This document shows, piece by piece, positions 29,631-40,168 of a stretch of 64,000 nucleotides of DNA; position 1 is the stretch's first letter; each line of letters opens with the position of its first letter. Source of the DNA: an uncultured bacterium (lineage in GTDB: Bacteria > SAR324 > NAC60-12); NCBI GenBank assembly GCA_965662235.1, contig CBFIGY010000007.1, forward strand, positions 41,538 through 105,537, read 5' to 3'. A program made the translations under genes and the position numbers. A model generated the notes under the pieces. The model saw only the letters and a program-made list of their open reading frames with translations. It was not told the DNA's origin and did not search any database.

Positions 29631-30614
29631 TCAGTCAGGGAGCCCGGTTGCGATGATGGTGACCGAAACCTGGTCGTCCGGAGTGCTGATGAAGGACGCG
29701 CCCCAGATCAGGTCCACGTCTTCGTCTGCCATTTCCTCGACCATGCTCATGGCTTCGTTGATTTCGTAAGCGCTGGTGTCCTGCGGACCGACCACGTGCA
29801 CCAGGATGCCCTTGGCGCCCCGGATGTCCTCGTCCTCCATGAGGGAGCTGTTGAGGGCGTTCAGGACGGCACGGCGGGTGCGGTCCTGTCCGGTGGCCAC
29901 GCCTTTGCCAATGATGGCCTTGCCCATGCCCTGCATGATGGTCTGGACGTCCGCAAAGTCAACGTTGATGTCACCGACGCCGTTGAGGAGGTCCGTGATG
30001 CCCTGAATGGCATTGATGAGGACGAGGTCCACCATGTGGAAGGCTTCCAGCAGGCTGGTGGTCTGGGTGCTCGCATTGTAGAGCTTGTCGTTGGGAATGA
30101 CCAGCAGGGTATCGGTGTGCTTGCGCAACTCGGTGACGCCTTCCAGAGCCACCCGCATCCGCCGCCGTCCTTCAAAGGAGAAGGGCAGGGTCACCACGCC
30201 AACGGTGAGCACCTCCATTTCGCGGGCAACTTGGGCAATCACTGGCGCCGCACCGGTTCCGGTTCCGCCTCCCATGCCTGCCGCAATGAAGGCCATGTTG
30301 GCGCCCTCTAGGGCCTGACGGATCTGAGGCAGGTTTTCCTCAGCAGCCTGTCCCCCCACGTCCGGGAGGGCTCCGGCGCCCAGGCCTCGGGTCCGCTCCT
30401 GACCCAGCTCAATCTTCAGGTCCGCCTTGTTGCGATTCAGGGCCTTGAGGTCGGTGTTGCAGATGATCAGATCGACCTGCCGGACCCCTTCCTCCACCAT
30501 CTTGGTGATGACGTTGCCCCCCGCTCCGCCGGCTCCAAAAACCTTGATGCGGGCGGAGAAGGCGTCTTGGACAGACACAAACGCGGGATTTCGGGAGGAG
30601 TCGTTTTCCATCAT
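29631..30614 (-). CDS. ftsZ: FtsZ tubulin-like GTPase lacking the C-terminal tail
   Basis: GAGGAGGN, NTDLKAL, GLGAG, GGGTGTG signature, PFSFEG, T7 loop NVDFADV; ends ...TIIATGLPD-stop. Confidence 0.93.
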   Translation of the reverse strand: MMENDSSRNPAFVSVQDAFSARIKVFGAGGAGGNVITKMVEEGVRQVDLIICNTDLKALNRNKADLKIELGQERTRGLGAGALPDVGGQAAEENLPQIRQALEGANMAFIAAGMGGGTGTGAAPVIAQVAREMEVLTVGVVTLPFSFEGRRRMRVALEGVTELRKHTDTLLVIPNDKLYNASTQTTSLLEAFHMVDLVLINAIQGITDLLNGVGDINVDFADVQTIMQGMGKAIIGKGVATGQDRTRRAVLNALNSSLMEDEDIRGAKGILVHVVGPQDTSAYEINEAMSMVEEMADEDVDLIWGASFISTPDDQVSVTIIATGLPD

Positions 30615-30792
30615 CAAGGGCTGGGTTAATGGCGTGTCGACCTGCTGAAACAACGTGATCCGGGGATGGAAAATCGCTGTGGGACGCAGGAGGTTTTGCA
30701 GGTCCAATGGCGGTGCCGGTTTTTTTGGAGACACCCCTCGATTTAATGCCATGGGCCTGCCAAAGAGTCAAACTGCATTCTACCGACTTCGC

Positions 30793-30821
30793 TTGACTCG
30801 CCAGGCGGATTTCCCTAGAAT
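30793..30821 (+). promoter_or_regulatory. Sigma70-like promoter for secA
   Basis: TTGACT-17 nt-TAGAAT. Confidence 0.7.
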
Positions 30822-30944
30822 TTAAGCTTTTGAATCCGTATCCCAATTCCTCGCTGGCCCTTGACGACCTCCGGGCTCAGCAGGCTTCCCAGACGGGCCG
30901 CCCTTCCTCTCAAAATCAGACCGCGCCCACGCGAATCCATCCCG

Positions 30945-33656
30945 ATGATCAAGACCTTTTCTCAGCTTTTTGGTAACGAGAACCAAAGAACCCTCAAGCG
31001 CTACCGCAAGATGGTGGAGCGCATCAACGCGCTGGAACCGGACATCCGCTCGCTGGCCGATGAGGATTTTCCCAAGAAAACGCAGGAATTCCGGCAGCGT
31101 TACGAGGAGGGCACGTCGTTGGATGACTTGCTCCCGGAAGCCTTTGCGGTGGTCCGAGAGGCTGCGCAGCGGGTGATTGGCGAGCGGCACTACGACGTCC
31201 AGCTCATCGGGGGCATTGCCCTGCACGAGGGCAACATTGCCGAAATGGCGACTGGTGAGGGGAAAACGCTGTCGTCCACGTCTCCGGTGTACCTCAACGC
31301 GGTCTCAGGGAAGGGCGTCCACATCATCACCCCCAACGACTACCTCGCCAAGCGGGACAGTCAGTGGATGGGGCAGATCTACCGCTTCCTCGGACTTTCC
31401 GTCGGACTGATCCAGCACGGGATGTACGACGAACTCCGCCGAGAGGCCTACCGGGCAGACATCACCTACGGCACCAACAACGAATTCGGCTTCGACTACC
31501 TCCGGGACAACATGAAGTTTTCGCTGGACGACTACGTGCAGCGAGAGTTCAACTTTGCTGTGGTCGACGAGGTTGACTCAATCCTCATCGACGAAGCCCG
31601 GACGCCGCTGATCATCAGCGGTCCAAGCGAAGGCAGCATCGACCTTTACTATGAAATGAACGGCATGGTCCATGGACTGAGCCGCGAGATCCGCAAGGAA
31701 GAGGTCGGCAAGCTGCCTCCGGAGCAGATGCACCACATTGCTGAAAACTGGCAGGAGCTGGAAGACCACGACGTCGTCCGGACCGGGGATTACTCCCTTG
31801 ATGAGAAAGCCCGGAGCATCTCCCTCACGGAGCAGGGCTCCGAGATGGTGGAAGGCCGCCTTGGGGAACGCCTGAAAGACGGCACCAGCCTGTTCGATTA
31901 TGAAAACATTGAGCTGCTTCACCACATCAACCAGGCCCTGAAGGCTCACTACCTCTTCAAGCGTGACGTTCACTACGTGGTGCAAGAGGGGAAGGTGGTG
32001 ATCGTGGATGAGTTCACCGGACGGCTGATGCCCGGAAGGCGCTTCAGCGATGGTCTCCACCAAGCCCTTGAAGCCAAGGAAGGTGTAGCCATTGAGAAGG
32101 AAAACCAGACCCTGGCGACCATCACCTTCCAGAACTACTTCCGTCTTTACAGCAAGCTTTCCGGGATGACGGGAACGGCGGAGACCGAGAAGGACGAGTT
32201 CAAGAAGATCTACAACCTCGGCGTGGTGGTCATCCCAACGAACAAGCCGGTCGTCCGGAAGGACCATGCCGACGTCATCTACAAAACCGTTGCTGCCAAG
32301 TACCGGGCGGTGGCGGCCAAGGTGGTGGAGCTGCATGGAGCAGGGCAGCCAGTACTCGTCGGAACCGTCTCCATTGAGGTGTCAGAGGCCATTTCGAAGA
32401 TGCTCAAGCAGGCCAGCGTTCCGCATGAGGTCCTCAACGCCAAGCACCATGAACGGGAGGCTGAAATCATTTCGGCTGCAGGTCAGTACAAAGCCGTCAC
32501 GATTGCCACCAACATGGCGGGTCGCGGAACCGACATCAAGCCCTCTCCGGAGGCAATGGACGCCGGAGGTCTTTTTGTGCTGGGCACCGGACGGCACGAC
32601 AGTCGCCGCATTGACAATCAGCTCCGCGGTCGTTCCGGACGTCAAGGGGATCCGGGGGCGTCGCAGTTCATGCTGTCGTTGGAAGACGACCTCCTCCGCG
32701 TCTTTGGTGGGGAGCGGATCTCCAAGCTCATGGACAAGCTCAACATTGAGGAGGATGAGCCCATTGAGCACGTCTTCATCACCAAGGCCATCAGCAACGC
32801 TCAGAAGAAGGTGGAGGGCTACCACTTCGACATGCGGAAGCATGTTCTGGAGTACGATGACGTCATGGAGAAGCAACGCTCCATCATCTACAACCGCCGT
32901 CGCGAGATCCTCGGAGGAGAGCTGGAGGGCCTGATGCTTGAGATGTGCGACGAGGTGGTGGACCAGCTCTTTGACCAGTTCTGTGAAGAGCGGCACATCG
33001 ACCAGTGGGACGTCCAGGGCTTCAACCGGGCGTTTACGGAAGTCTTTGGCGCCCTCAAGGATGAGCAGTGGTATGAGCAGGAGCTGAAGCCGGAAGACCT
33101 CCGGGCCAGCCTCTACACGCAGGTGGAGGCGCTGTTCCGGGAAAAGGTGGACTACTTCCGTCAGGTGGTGGAACTCAACTTTGCCCCTGTGGAAGGAGAC
33201 GAGCAGGCCCGTAAGGAGTCGTTTGAGCGCATGGTGCTCGACCTGCAGCGGCAGGTGCTGCTCCGGGCCAATGATCAGCTCTGGAAGGATCACCTGCTCT
33301 CCATGGACCACCTCCGGGAAGGCATCGGTCTGGTTGGGTACGCCCAGAAGAAGCCGCTGGACGAGTACAAGCGCCGCGCGTTTGAGATGTTCTCTGACCT
33401 CATGAGCCGCATCAGTCACGAGGCCATCAGCACCTTCTTCAAGCTCCGGATCGCCCACCCCGTCAGTGAACCCGCCCCTCCGCCTCCGCCCCAGGAAATG
33501 GAGTACCAGCACGCCTCCGTGGAGCCGGAGCCGCCCAAGCCCAAACCCAAGCCGGTTGTCCCGCCTGCCCGGAAATACGTGAACGTGGGACGCAACGACC
33601 CCTGCCCCTGTGGCAGCGGGAAGAAGTTCAAGAAGTGCCACGGCCTCCATAACTGA
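30945..33656 (+). CDS. secA: Preprotein translocase subunit SecA
   Basis: [56 protein letters not shown] motif [13 protein letters not shown]. Confidence 0.99.
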   Translation: MIKTFSQLFGNENQRTLKRYRKMVERINALEPDIRSLADEDFPKKTQEFRQRYEEGTSLDDLLPEAFAVVREAAQRVIGERHYDVQLIGGIALHEGNIAEMATGEGKTLSSTSPVYLNAVSGKGVHIITPNDYLAKRDSQWMGQIYRFLGLSVGLIQHGMYDELRREAYRADITYGTNNEFGFDYLRDNMKFSLDDYVQREFNFAVVDEVDSILIDEARTPLIISGPSEGSIDLYYEMNGMVHGLSREIRKEEVGKLPPEQMHHIAENWQELEDHDVVRTGDYSLDEKARSISLTEQGSEMVEGRLGERLKDGTSLFDYENIELLHHINQALKAHYLFKRDVHYVVQEGKVVIVDEFTGRLMPGRRFSDGLHQALEAKEGVAIEKENQTLATITFQNYFRLYSKLSGMTGTAETEKDEFKKIYNLGVVVIPTNKPVVRKDHADVIYKTVAAKYRAVAAKVVELHGAGQPVLVGTVSIEVSEAISKMLKQASVPHEVLNAKHHEREAEIISAAGQYKAVTIATNMAGRGTDIKPSPEAMDAGGLFVLGTGRHDSRRIDNQLRGRSGRQGDPGASQFMLSLEDDLLRVFGGERISKLMDKLNIEEDEPIEHVFITKAISNAQKKVEGYHFDMRKHVLEYDDVMEKQRSIIYNRRREILGGELEGLMLEMCDEVVDQLFDQFCEERHIDQWDVQGFNRAFTEVFGALKDEQWYEQELKPEDLRASLYTQVEALFREKVDYFRQVVELNFAPVEGDEQARKESFERMVLDLQRQVLLRANDQLWKDHLLSMDHLREGIGLVGYAQKKPLDEYKRRAFEMFSDLMSRISHEAISTFFKLRIAHPVSEPAPPPPPQEMEYQHASVEPEPPKPKPKPVVPPARKYVNVGRNDPCPCGSGKKFKKCHGLHN

Positions 33657-33677
33657 TTGCGATTGGTGAAGAAACCC

Positions 33678-33884
33678 ATGGAAAATCTGGTTCAAGATCT
33701 CACCACCCGTTCCAAGCGGGTGCTGGAAATGGTACGGTACAACCGTCCGGCACAGTTGGGCGCCCTAGGTGTGTACCTGCTGCTCTGGTTCCTTTTCTCC
33801 ACTGGACTGACCACGTTGTGGGTGGCCGTGGGAGCCGGGCTGGGGTGGCTTGTGGGACAGAGCCACAAGCCCGAGCAGGACTGA
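33678..33884 (+). CDS. Small 2-TM membrane protein
   Basis: Fills the secA-rlmH gap on the same strand; two hydrophobic stretches. Confidence 0.6.
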   Translation: MENLVQDLTTRSKRVLEMVRYNRPAQLGALGVYLLLWFLFSTGLTTLWVAVGAGLGWLVGQSHKPEQD

Positions 33885-33896
33885 TCCGGGCCTCTG

Positions 33897-34361
33897 GTGT
33901 TTCGCCTGCGTCTGCTTTGGGTCGGCAAGACCCAAGAAGCCTACCTAGAGCAGGGGATGCAGGGGTACCTGAAGCGTCTCAAGGCTTATGCTCCGGTGGA
34001 ATGTGAGGCCGTGAAGCCTTCGTCGTCCACCCATCCGGACCAGCGTCAGCAGGAAGAAACCGAACGCCTTCTGAAGAAGCTGGATGCCGGACAACCCTGT
34101 GTGGTGCTCGATGAGCGAGGGGAGCGTCAGACCTCCCAGGCCTTGGCTCAGTGGCTGGAGCAGCAACTGCCACAGGGCTGGAGCCGCCTGACCTTTGTGA
34201 TCGGAGGCTCACACGGCTTTGTCCGCGACGCCTTCCCGCCCCACGTCCGCTGGCTCCGCCTCTCGGACCTGACCCTCAACCATCAGATGATCCGCCTGGT
34301 GCTGCTGGAGCAGCTCTACCGGGCCTTCACCATCATCCGCGGCGAACCTTACCATCACTGA
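33897..34361 (+). CDS. rlmH: 23S rRNA (pseudouridine1915-N3)-methyltransferase
   Basis: VGK, LDERG, FVIGGSHG, LSDLTLNH, EQLYRAFTI..GEPYHH. Confidence 0.96.
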   Translation: MFRLRLLWVGKTQEAYLEQGMQGYLKRLKAYAPVECEAVKPSSSTHPDQRQQEETERLLKKLDAGQPCVVLDERGERQTSQALAQWLEQQLPQGWSRLTFVIGGSHGFVRDAFPPHVRWLRLSDLTLNHQMIRLVLLEQLYRAFTIIRGEPYHH

Positions 34362-34364
34362 CCC

Positions 34365-35105
34365 ATGAGACGCATTACTTGGCTGGCGATTGCCCTGTTC
34401 CTCCTGACTCTGTTTGGCTACTTCGCGTGGCTCAACAACCAAAACGTCACCATCAGCCTCTTTGGCACCTTTACGGTGCAGTTCTCCCTGTGGAGCACGA
34501 TGCTTGGGTGTCTGGTGCTGGGCGCTGCGCTGACGGAGCTGCGGCTGCTCTTCAAGCATCCGGACCGCATCATGATGCGTCTCAAGCAGCGTTGGCAGGA
34601 CCGGAAGCACGCCCGGGCCGAGGTCCGGCGACAGGACTTTGAAGCCGCGTGCTTGCTCCGGGACCCAGAGGGCGCTCAGCAGGCCTTTCGGAAGATCCCT
34701 GGCGCTTCCGACGATCCGAAGCTCCAGGTGCAGCTGCTGACGGTGCTCGAAGACCGGTTGGACGGACAGGCGCTGATGAAGAGCTTTGAAGAGCTGCGGT
34801 CCCGCTTCCCGGAGGCCTTGGGGGTGCTGCTGGCTCACCAGAAGCTGGCCATTGAGCGCGAGGAGTGGCTGCTTGTGGAGCAACTGGCCCGGGAAATTGA
34901 ACGACTTGCCCCCGGACACCCCGGAGCCCTGGAAGGTCAAGTGGCCCTTGCTGCCAGCCGAGAAGACTGGAGCCGCTGCTTGGAGCTGGAGCAGCTGCTG
35001 CTCAAACGGCTCAGTGGCAGCCATGCCGCGTCTCGGTGGGCGCAGCAGCACCGGCAGCATCAGGATCAGGCGGAAGCGCCCGCGGCGCTCCGTGAGGTGA
35101 GTTGA
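34365..35105 (+). CDS. LapA (DUF1049)-like membrane domain fused to a TPR-like helical domain
   Basis: TM-N.Q.V.ISLF-TM pattern of LapA, followed by TPR-like repeats (LAPGHPGAL). Confidence 0.65.
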   Translation: MRRITWLAIALFLLTLFGYFAWLNNQNVTISLFGTFTVQFSLWSTMLGCLVLGAALTELRLLFKHPDRIMMRLKQRWQDRKHARAEVRRQDFEAACLLRDPEGAQQAFRKIPGASDDPKLQVQLLTVLEDRLDGQALMKSFEELRSRFPEALGVLLAHQKLAIEREEWLLVEQLAREIERLAPGHPGALEGQVALAASREDWSRCLELEQLLLKRLSGSHAASRWAQQHRQHQDQAEAPAALREVS

Positions 35106-35869
35106 GCGAACATGAAGACGAGGCGTTGGTCCTCCGGGTGCTGGACTTCCGGGACCGGGACTGCATTCTCCATCTGCTGACCCGAGAGCGGGGACATAAG
35201 TCAGGAGTCCTCTTTGGGGCCAAAAGCCCGCGTTCTCGCAACCGTGCTGTGGCAGAGCCCTTTGTGCGGGCCCGGGTGCATTACTCGGAGCGGCATGCGC
35301 ATGAGATGGTCAAGTTCCGGAGCCTGGAACTGATCTCCAGCCAAGGGACGCTGCGGCAGAACTATGCTCGGTTGCTGCATGCCAGTTACCTGGCAGAACT
35401 CCTCCTGTTGCTGGAAATCCCGGAGCCCGATGCGCCGGTGCTGTTTCAGTGGCTGGAGCAGCACTGGCACGCCTTGGGGGCAGGGAAGGCACCTGCCGAG
35501 GTGAAGCTTCAGGCGGAGGGACGCTTGCTTCAGCAGCTGGGGGTGCTTCCGGACTGGCAGCACTGCTTGGAGTGTGACCGCTCGGTTCCCACGGTCGATG
35601 CTCCCGAGCCCATTGAGGTTCCGGACCTCCTGCATCAGGTGGACGCGGCTGAAGGGGGCGTCCGGTGCCCGCGTTGTGTTCGACGGCATCCGGCGGTGGC
35701 GGTGCTCTCTCCCGGGACCCTGCGCTGGCTCCAGAAGAAACCGTTTACCGACGCCTTGCCACCCGTGACCGCGTTGCAACTCCGGGAACTGCACCGGGCG
35801 CTGTTTCTGCTGCTCCGTGCTCAGCTTTCCCGAGAACCCAAGTCTCACGCGCTCTTGCCCCTGCCATGA
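35102..35869 (+). CDS. recO: DNA repair protein RecO
   Basis: ALVLR..D....D.I..LLT.E.G OB fold, GAKSPRSR, zinc site CLEC...CPRC. Confidence 0.92.
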   Translation: MSEHEDEALVLRVLDFRDRDCILHLLTRERGHKSGVLFGAKSPRSRNRAVAEPFVRARVHYSERHAHEMVKFRSLELISSQGTLRQNYARLLHASYLAELLLLLEIPEPDAPVLFQWLEQHWHALGAGKAPAEVKLQAEGRLLQQLGVLPDWQHCLECDRSVPTVDAPEPIEVPDLLHQVDAAEGGVRCPRCVRRHPAVAVLSPGTLRWLQKKPFTDALPPVTALQLRELHRALFLLLRAQLSREPKSHALLPLP

Positions 35870-36759
35870 CCTTCCCCCTGCCCTTTGATGGCAAACCGCA
35901 CCGCTGGACCATGGGCCTCCGGACCCTGGATCCGTCGACTTGGTTTTTGCTGGATGAGCACTATGAAACGGAACTGGCAGAGCGCCGGCGCTTGCTGACG
36001 GAGCAACGAGAAGCCGTTTTTCAGGTTCTTCCGGAAGCCGAAGCCGCTGGAAAGGAGGTGCTGGAACAGGTGCTTGCGTTTCTCACTGAACACCATCCCG
36101 CGTCATTCAGCTGGGACGGAACCTGCTTTCAGAACCACCGGACCGGAGAAGAGTGGGACCTGCAGCACCCCACGCAGGCGCCTCTGGAGCTGGCCGGACG
36201 GCTGGTGCAAGAGGACCTGTGTGTGATGCAGCCTCATGCTGATTCAGGCGAGTACCACCTGACGGCAGCCTGCCTCTGCTTCCCAACGCGTTGGCGTTTG
36301 GCAGAAAAGCTGGGGCAACCGATGTCTGTGATTCATGGACCGGTGCCCGGGTATGCCGAACAGCTCAATGCGCCGGTGAATCGATTTTTGGAACGCCTGA
36401 CTCCGGAACGCTCCCTGTGGCGCTACAACTGGAGCCTGAACGAGGATCCAACGCTGTTTCAGCCCGGGACGTCAGAAACGTCAGGGACCGATCCGGCCCT
36501 CACGGCAGAAAATGCTGGGGAGCAGGTGTGGGTTCGTGTGGAGCGGCAGACCCTCCGGAGGCTCCCACGTACCCAAGCGGTGCTGTTCACCATCCGGATT
36601 CTGCAGCAGCCGGTGAGTCAGCTGAATTCGGAAGACGCCGGGCGCTTGGCGCAGACCCTCCGGCAGTGGCCAGAGGAGCTCCGTGCCTATAAGTCGTTTG
36701 ACGTCTATGGCGATGCGATGCTGGCGTACTTGGACCAACAGTCCGGGCATCCGGCTTGA
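35866..36759 (+). CDS. DUF3445 / heme-dependent oxidative N-demethylase alpha-subunit family protein
   Basis: MGL..LD...W, VQEDLC, LCFPTRW...EKLG.....IHGPVP, RYNW, RVERQTLRRLP...AVLFTIR. Confidence 0.88.
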   Translation: MTFPLPFDGKPHRWTMGLRTLDPSTWFLLDEHYETELAERRRLLTEQREAVFQVLPEAEAAGKEVLEQVLAFLTEHHPASFSWDGTCFQNHRTGEEWDLQHPTQAPLELAGRLVQEDLCVMQPHADSGEYHLTAACLCFPTRWRLAEKLGQPMSVIHGPVPGYAEQLNAPVNRFLERLTPERSLWRYNWSLNEDPTLFQPGTSETSGTDPALTAENAGEQVWVRVERQTLRRLPRTQAVLFTIRILQQPVSQLNSEDAGRLAQTLRQWPEELRAYKSFDVYGDAMLAYLDQQSGHPA

Positions 36760-36804
36760 CGATTCGGGAGAGCTGGGAAATTCTGAGGAAAGCAATCGGG
36801 GGGC

Positions 36805-36878
36805 TGGAGGTGACGAGCGGACTTGAACCGCTGTACGAGGTTTTGCAGACCTCTGCCTAACCACTCGGCCACGTCACC
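36805..36878 (-). tRNA. tRNA-Cys(GCA)
   Basis: GGTGACGTGGCCGAGTGGTTAGGCAGAGGTCTGCAAAACCTCGTACAGCGGTTCAAGTCCGCTCGTCACCTCCA folds as a cloverleaf with encoded CCA. Confidence 0.98.
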
Positions 36879-36889
36879 TTAGCCTTCAA

Positions 36890-36918
36890 ATCCTATTGGC
36901 CTTCGGCTGGAGGGTCAA
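36890..36918 (-). promoter_or_regulatory. Sigma70-like promoter for tRNA-Cys
   Basis: Minus strand TTGACC-17 nt-TAGGAT, 11 nt before the tRNA. Confidence 0.7.
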
Positions 36919-36939
36919 GTGTAAAGACGAGACGGACGG

Positions 36940-38316
36940 ATGATTCGTAAGGAACTGCTGGAAGAAGCTTTGGACTGGGCGGCCCTTCATGGGGTGCTGC
37001 GGATGCGTCCGGATGGCGTGTTGACTCATGCGCCCTTCACCCTCACTCCAGCCTCCATCAGTGACGACTGGCTGACCGAACTGAAGGCGCTGACCGATCC
37101 GTTTCAGCAGCTCATGGTCGGCGTTGCTGCGGATGTTGGGTTCCTCCGGGAGCACCTGGAGCCCTCTGCTCAGACCGACCCCTTCCTCAAGCTCCTCCTC
37201 TCTTGGCTGCCGGAACGTCCGGTGCAACCGAAGCACCTGCTGCTGCAGCGGAACGACTTCTTCCTGGTGCCCGGAACCTTAGGACGCCTGCAGGCCCGGC
37301 AGGTGGAACTGAACACGATTTCTGCAAGCTTCCCATTCCTCGCAGGGCGGGTTCATGAGCTGCATCAGCTGCTGCTTCGGCAGAATCCGTCGGCGTTGGT
37401 GCGACTGGTCCGGAACCATCCGCTGGAAGAAATGGCGGCGGCACTGGCGGAAGGCGTCCGGCACTACGACCATCCGGAAGGGGTGGTGCTGATGGTGGTG
37501 CAGCCGAACGAAGGCAACCGGTTTGATCAACGGGGGCTGGAGGAACAGCTGCTTCAACGGCACGGAGTGGTGACACTGCGACGGACCCTGGAGCAGGTGG
37601 CGGAAGAAGGAGAAATCCGAGAAGGGCACCTTTGGTTGGGCGCCCAGGTGGCCGCGGTGACGTACTATCGTGCCGCGTATGCCCCTCAGGACCTAGCGTC
37701 TGAGGCCGCCCGGAAGGGGCGCGAGCGACTGGAAGCGTCGGCGACGATTCAGTGTCCCAGCCTGGCCATGCAACTGGCAGGAATGAAGAAGGTGCAGCAG
37801 GTGTTGGGACGTCCGGAGGTGCTGTCTCGGTTCCTGACGGAGGGAGTGGAAGCGGTGCAGTCGACGTTTGCGGGACTGTATGCCCTTGATGAGGAAATTC
37901 AGTGGGAGGGGCGCTGGAGGAACGTTCGAGAAGTAGCCGCACAGCATCCGGACACGTTTGTCCTCAAGCCTCAGCGGGAAGGAGGCGGAAACAACTTCTT
38001 TGGCGCCGCGCTACCGGGTAAGCTCAAGGAGCTGACGCCCGAAGACACCCGTTCCTACATCCTCATGGAGCGGCTTCACCCGCAGCCGCACACCGCGACC
38101 CTTGTGGTGGAGCGTCAGGCAGAGACGCGTTCGTGTGTGAGCGAGTATGGTTTTTACGGAACCTGTTTGGCAGAAGGAACCACCCTTCACCGGAGCGAAT
38201 TCGCCGGAACCCTTGTGCGGACCAAAGGGGCGACGGTGGATGAAGGAGGCGTGAGTGCCGGATACGCCTGCCTGAATTCCTTGATGCTGGAAGGCGAGTC
38301 GCACCAGAACCTCTGA
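36940..38316 (+). CDS. Eukaryotic-type glutathione synthetase
   Basis: 458 aa; HAPFTL.P, QVELNTISASF, YYRAAY.P, QLAGMKKVQQ, KPQREGGGNN, YILMER, SEYG.YG, RTK...EGGVSAG motifs of the eukaryotic GS family. Confidence 0.9.
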   Translation: MIRKELLEEALDWAALHGVLRMRPDGVLTHAPFTLTPASISDDWLTELKALTDPFQQLMVGVAADVGFLREHLEPSAQTDPFLKLLLSWLPERPVQPKHLLLQRNDFFLVPGTLGRLQARQVELNTISASFPFLAGRVHELHQLLLRQNPSALVRLVRNHPLEEMAAALAEGVRHYDHPEGVVLMVVQPNEGNRFDQRGLEEQLLQRHGVVTLRRTLEQVAEEGEIREGHLWLGAQVAAVTYYRAAYAPQDLASEAARKGRERLEASATIQCPSLAMQLAGMKKVQQVLGRPEVLSRFLTEGVEAVQSTFAGLYALDEEIQWEGRWRNVREVAAQHPDTFVLKPQREGGGNNFFGAALPGKLKELTPEDTRSYILMERLHPQPHTATLVVERQAETRSCVSEYGFYGTCLAEGTTLHRSEFAGTLVRTKGATVDEGGVSAGYACLNSLMLEGESHQNL

Positions 38317-38448
38317 GGGCACGGAGCAAGGTTTTGTCCGAGGGACAGAAAGAAAGGGGCTTTGAGGAAAGAAGGGTGCGTTGTGAGGAAGGCCAGCTGC
38401 TGAAGCGTCTGAAACGTGGTCCCGGAGGACCACGCAGGCAGAATCCGC

Positions 38449-39498
<1,050 letters not shown>

Positions 39499-39689
39499 CT
39501 AAGCCGTAGGGGTTGTCTGACGCCACAATCATCAGTAAACTGCCTGAATTCGGCAAGTCTTTTCCCGAAAACGTTGCAAGATCCGTTCACCGGAGGGCTT
39601 TTGATGTCGCAACGACCGGAGGCTCGTTCTCACAAGCCCAACGGAGCACCGAGAACAGACCCTTTGAATTTTTGTCCAAAAGAGTGCCC

Positions 39690-39782
39690 ATGACCCCCCG
39701 ACACGTCCTGCTGGCAGTGCTGCTTGGCACCCTGTTGGCGTCCTTCACCTCGGTGCTGCTGAACCTCTTCCTGCACCCCTGA
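39690..39782 (+). CDS. Possible 30-aa single-TM small protein
   Basis: MTPRHVLLAVLLGTLLASFTSVLLNLFLHP; CTG-rich, genome-typical codons in otherwise intergenic DNA. Confidence 0.4.
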   Translation: MTPRHVLLAVLLGTLLASFTSVLLNLFLHP

Positions 39783-40168
39783 TTCTCCCCCTGTTTTCCT
39801 GCGCCTCTCTCCTGATCCACACTCCCTCGTTCTGACGACCTCGCTTCGGGACGAATCCTCCACCTGAAGGGATGCGGTCGAGTTTGGTCGAACAACGGAC
39901 CTGCGGTCGATTCTGGTGTATTTTGCTCAAAAACCACTCTCGCTTGGGCGATCTGTTTTTTCCGAAATTCCCTTTTTTCTGTCCTGTTTCAGGGAAAATT
40001 TACCTTTAATTCGGGTTTTTATGATTTTTTAGTTAATTTTATCAGTAGCTTGTTTTTATTTTTCTGATCGGAGGAATGTCCGGTGTTTGTGCTTGCCTGG
40101 GGGGAGACGCTGCACTAGCCTATTGAGGACATGCACACCGCCACTTAAGGTCAAGCCTGAGCTCCATT

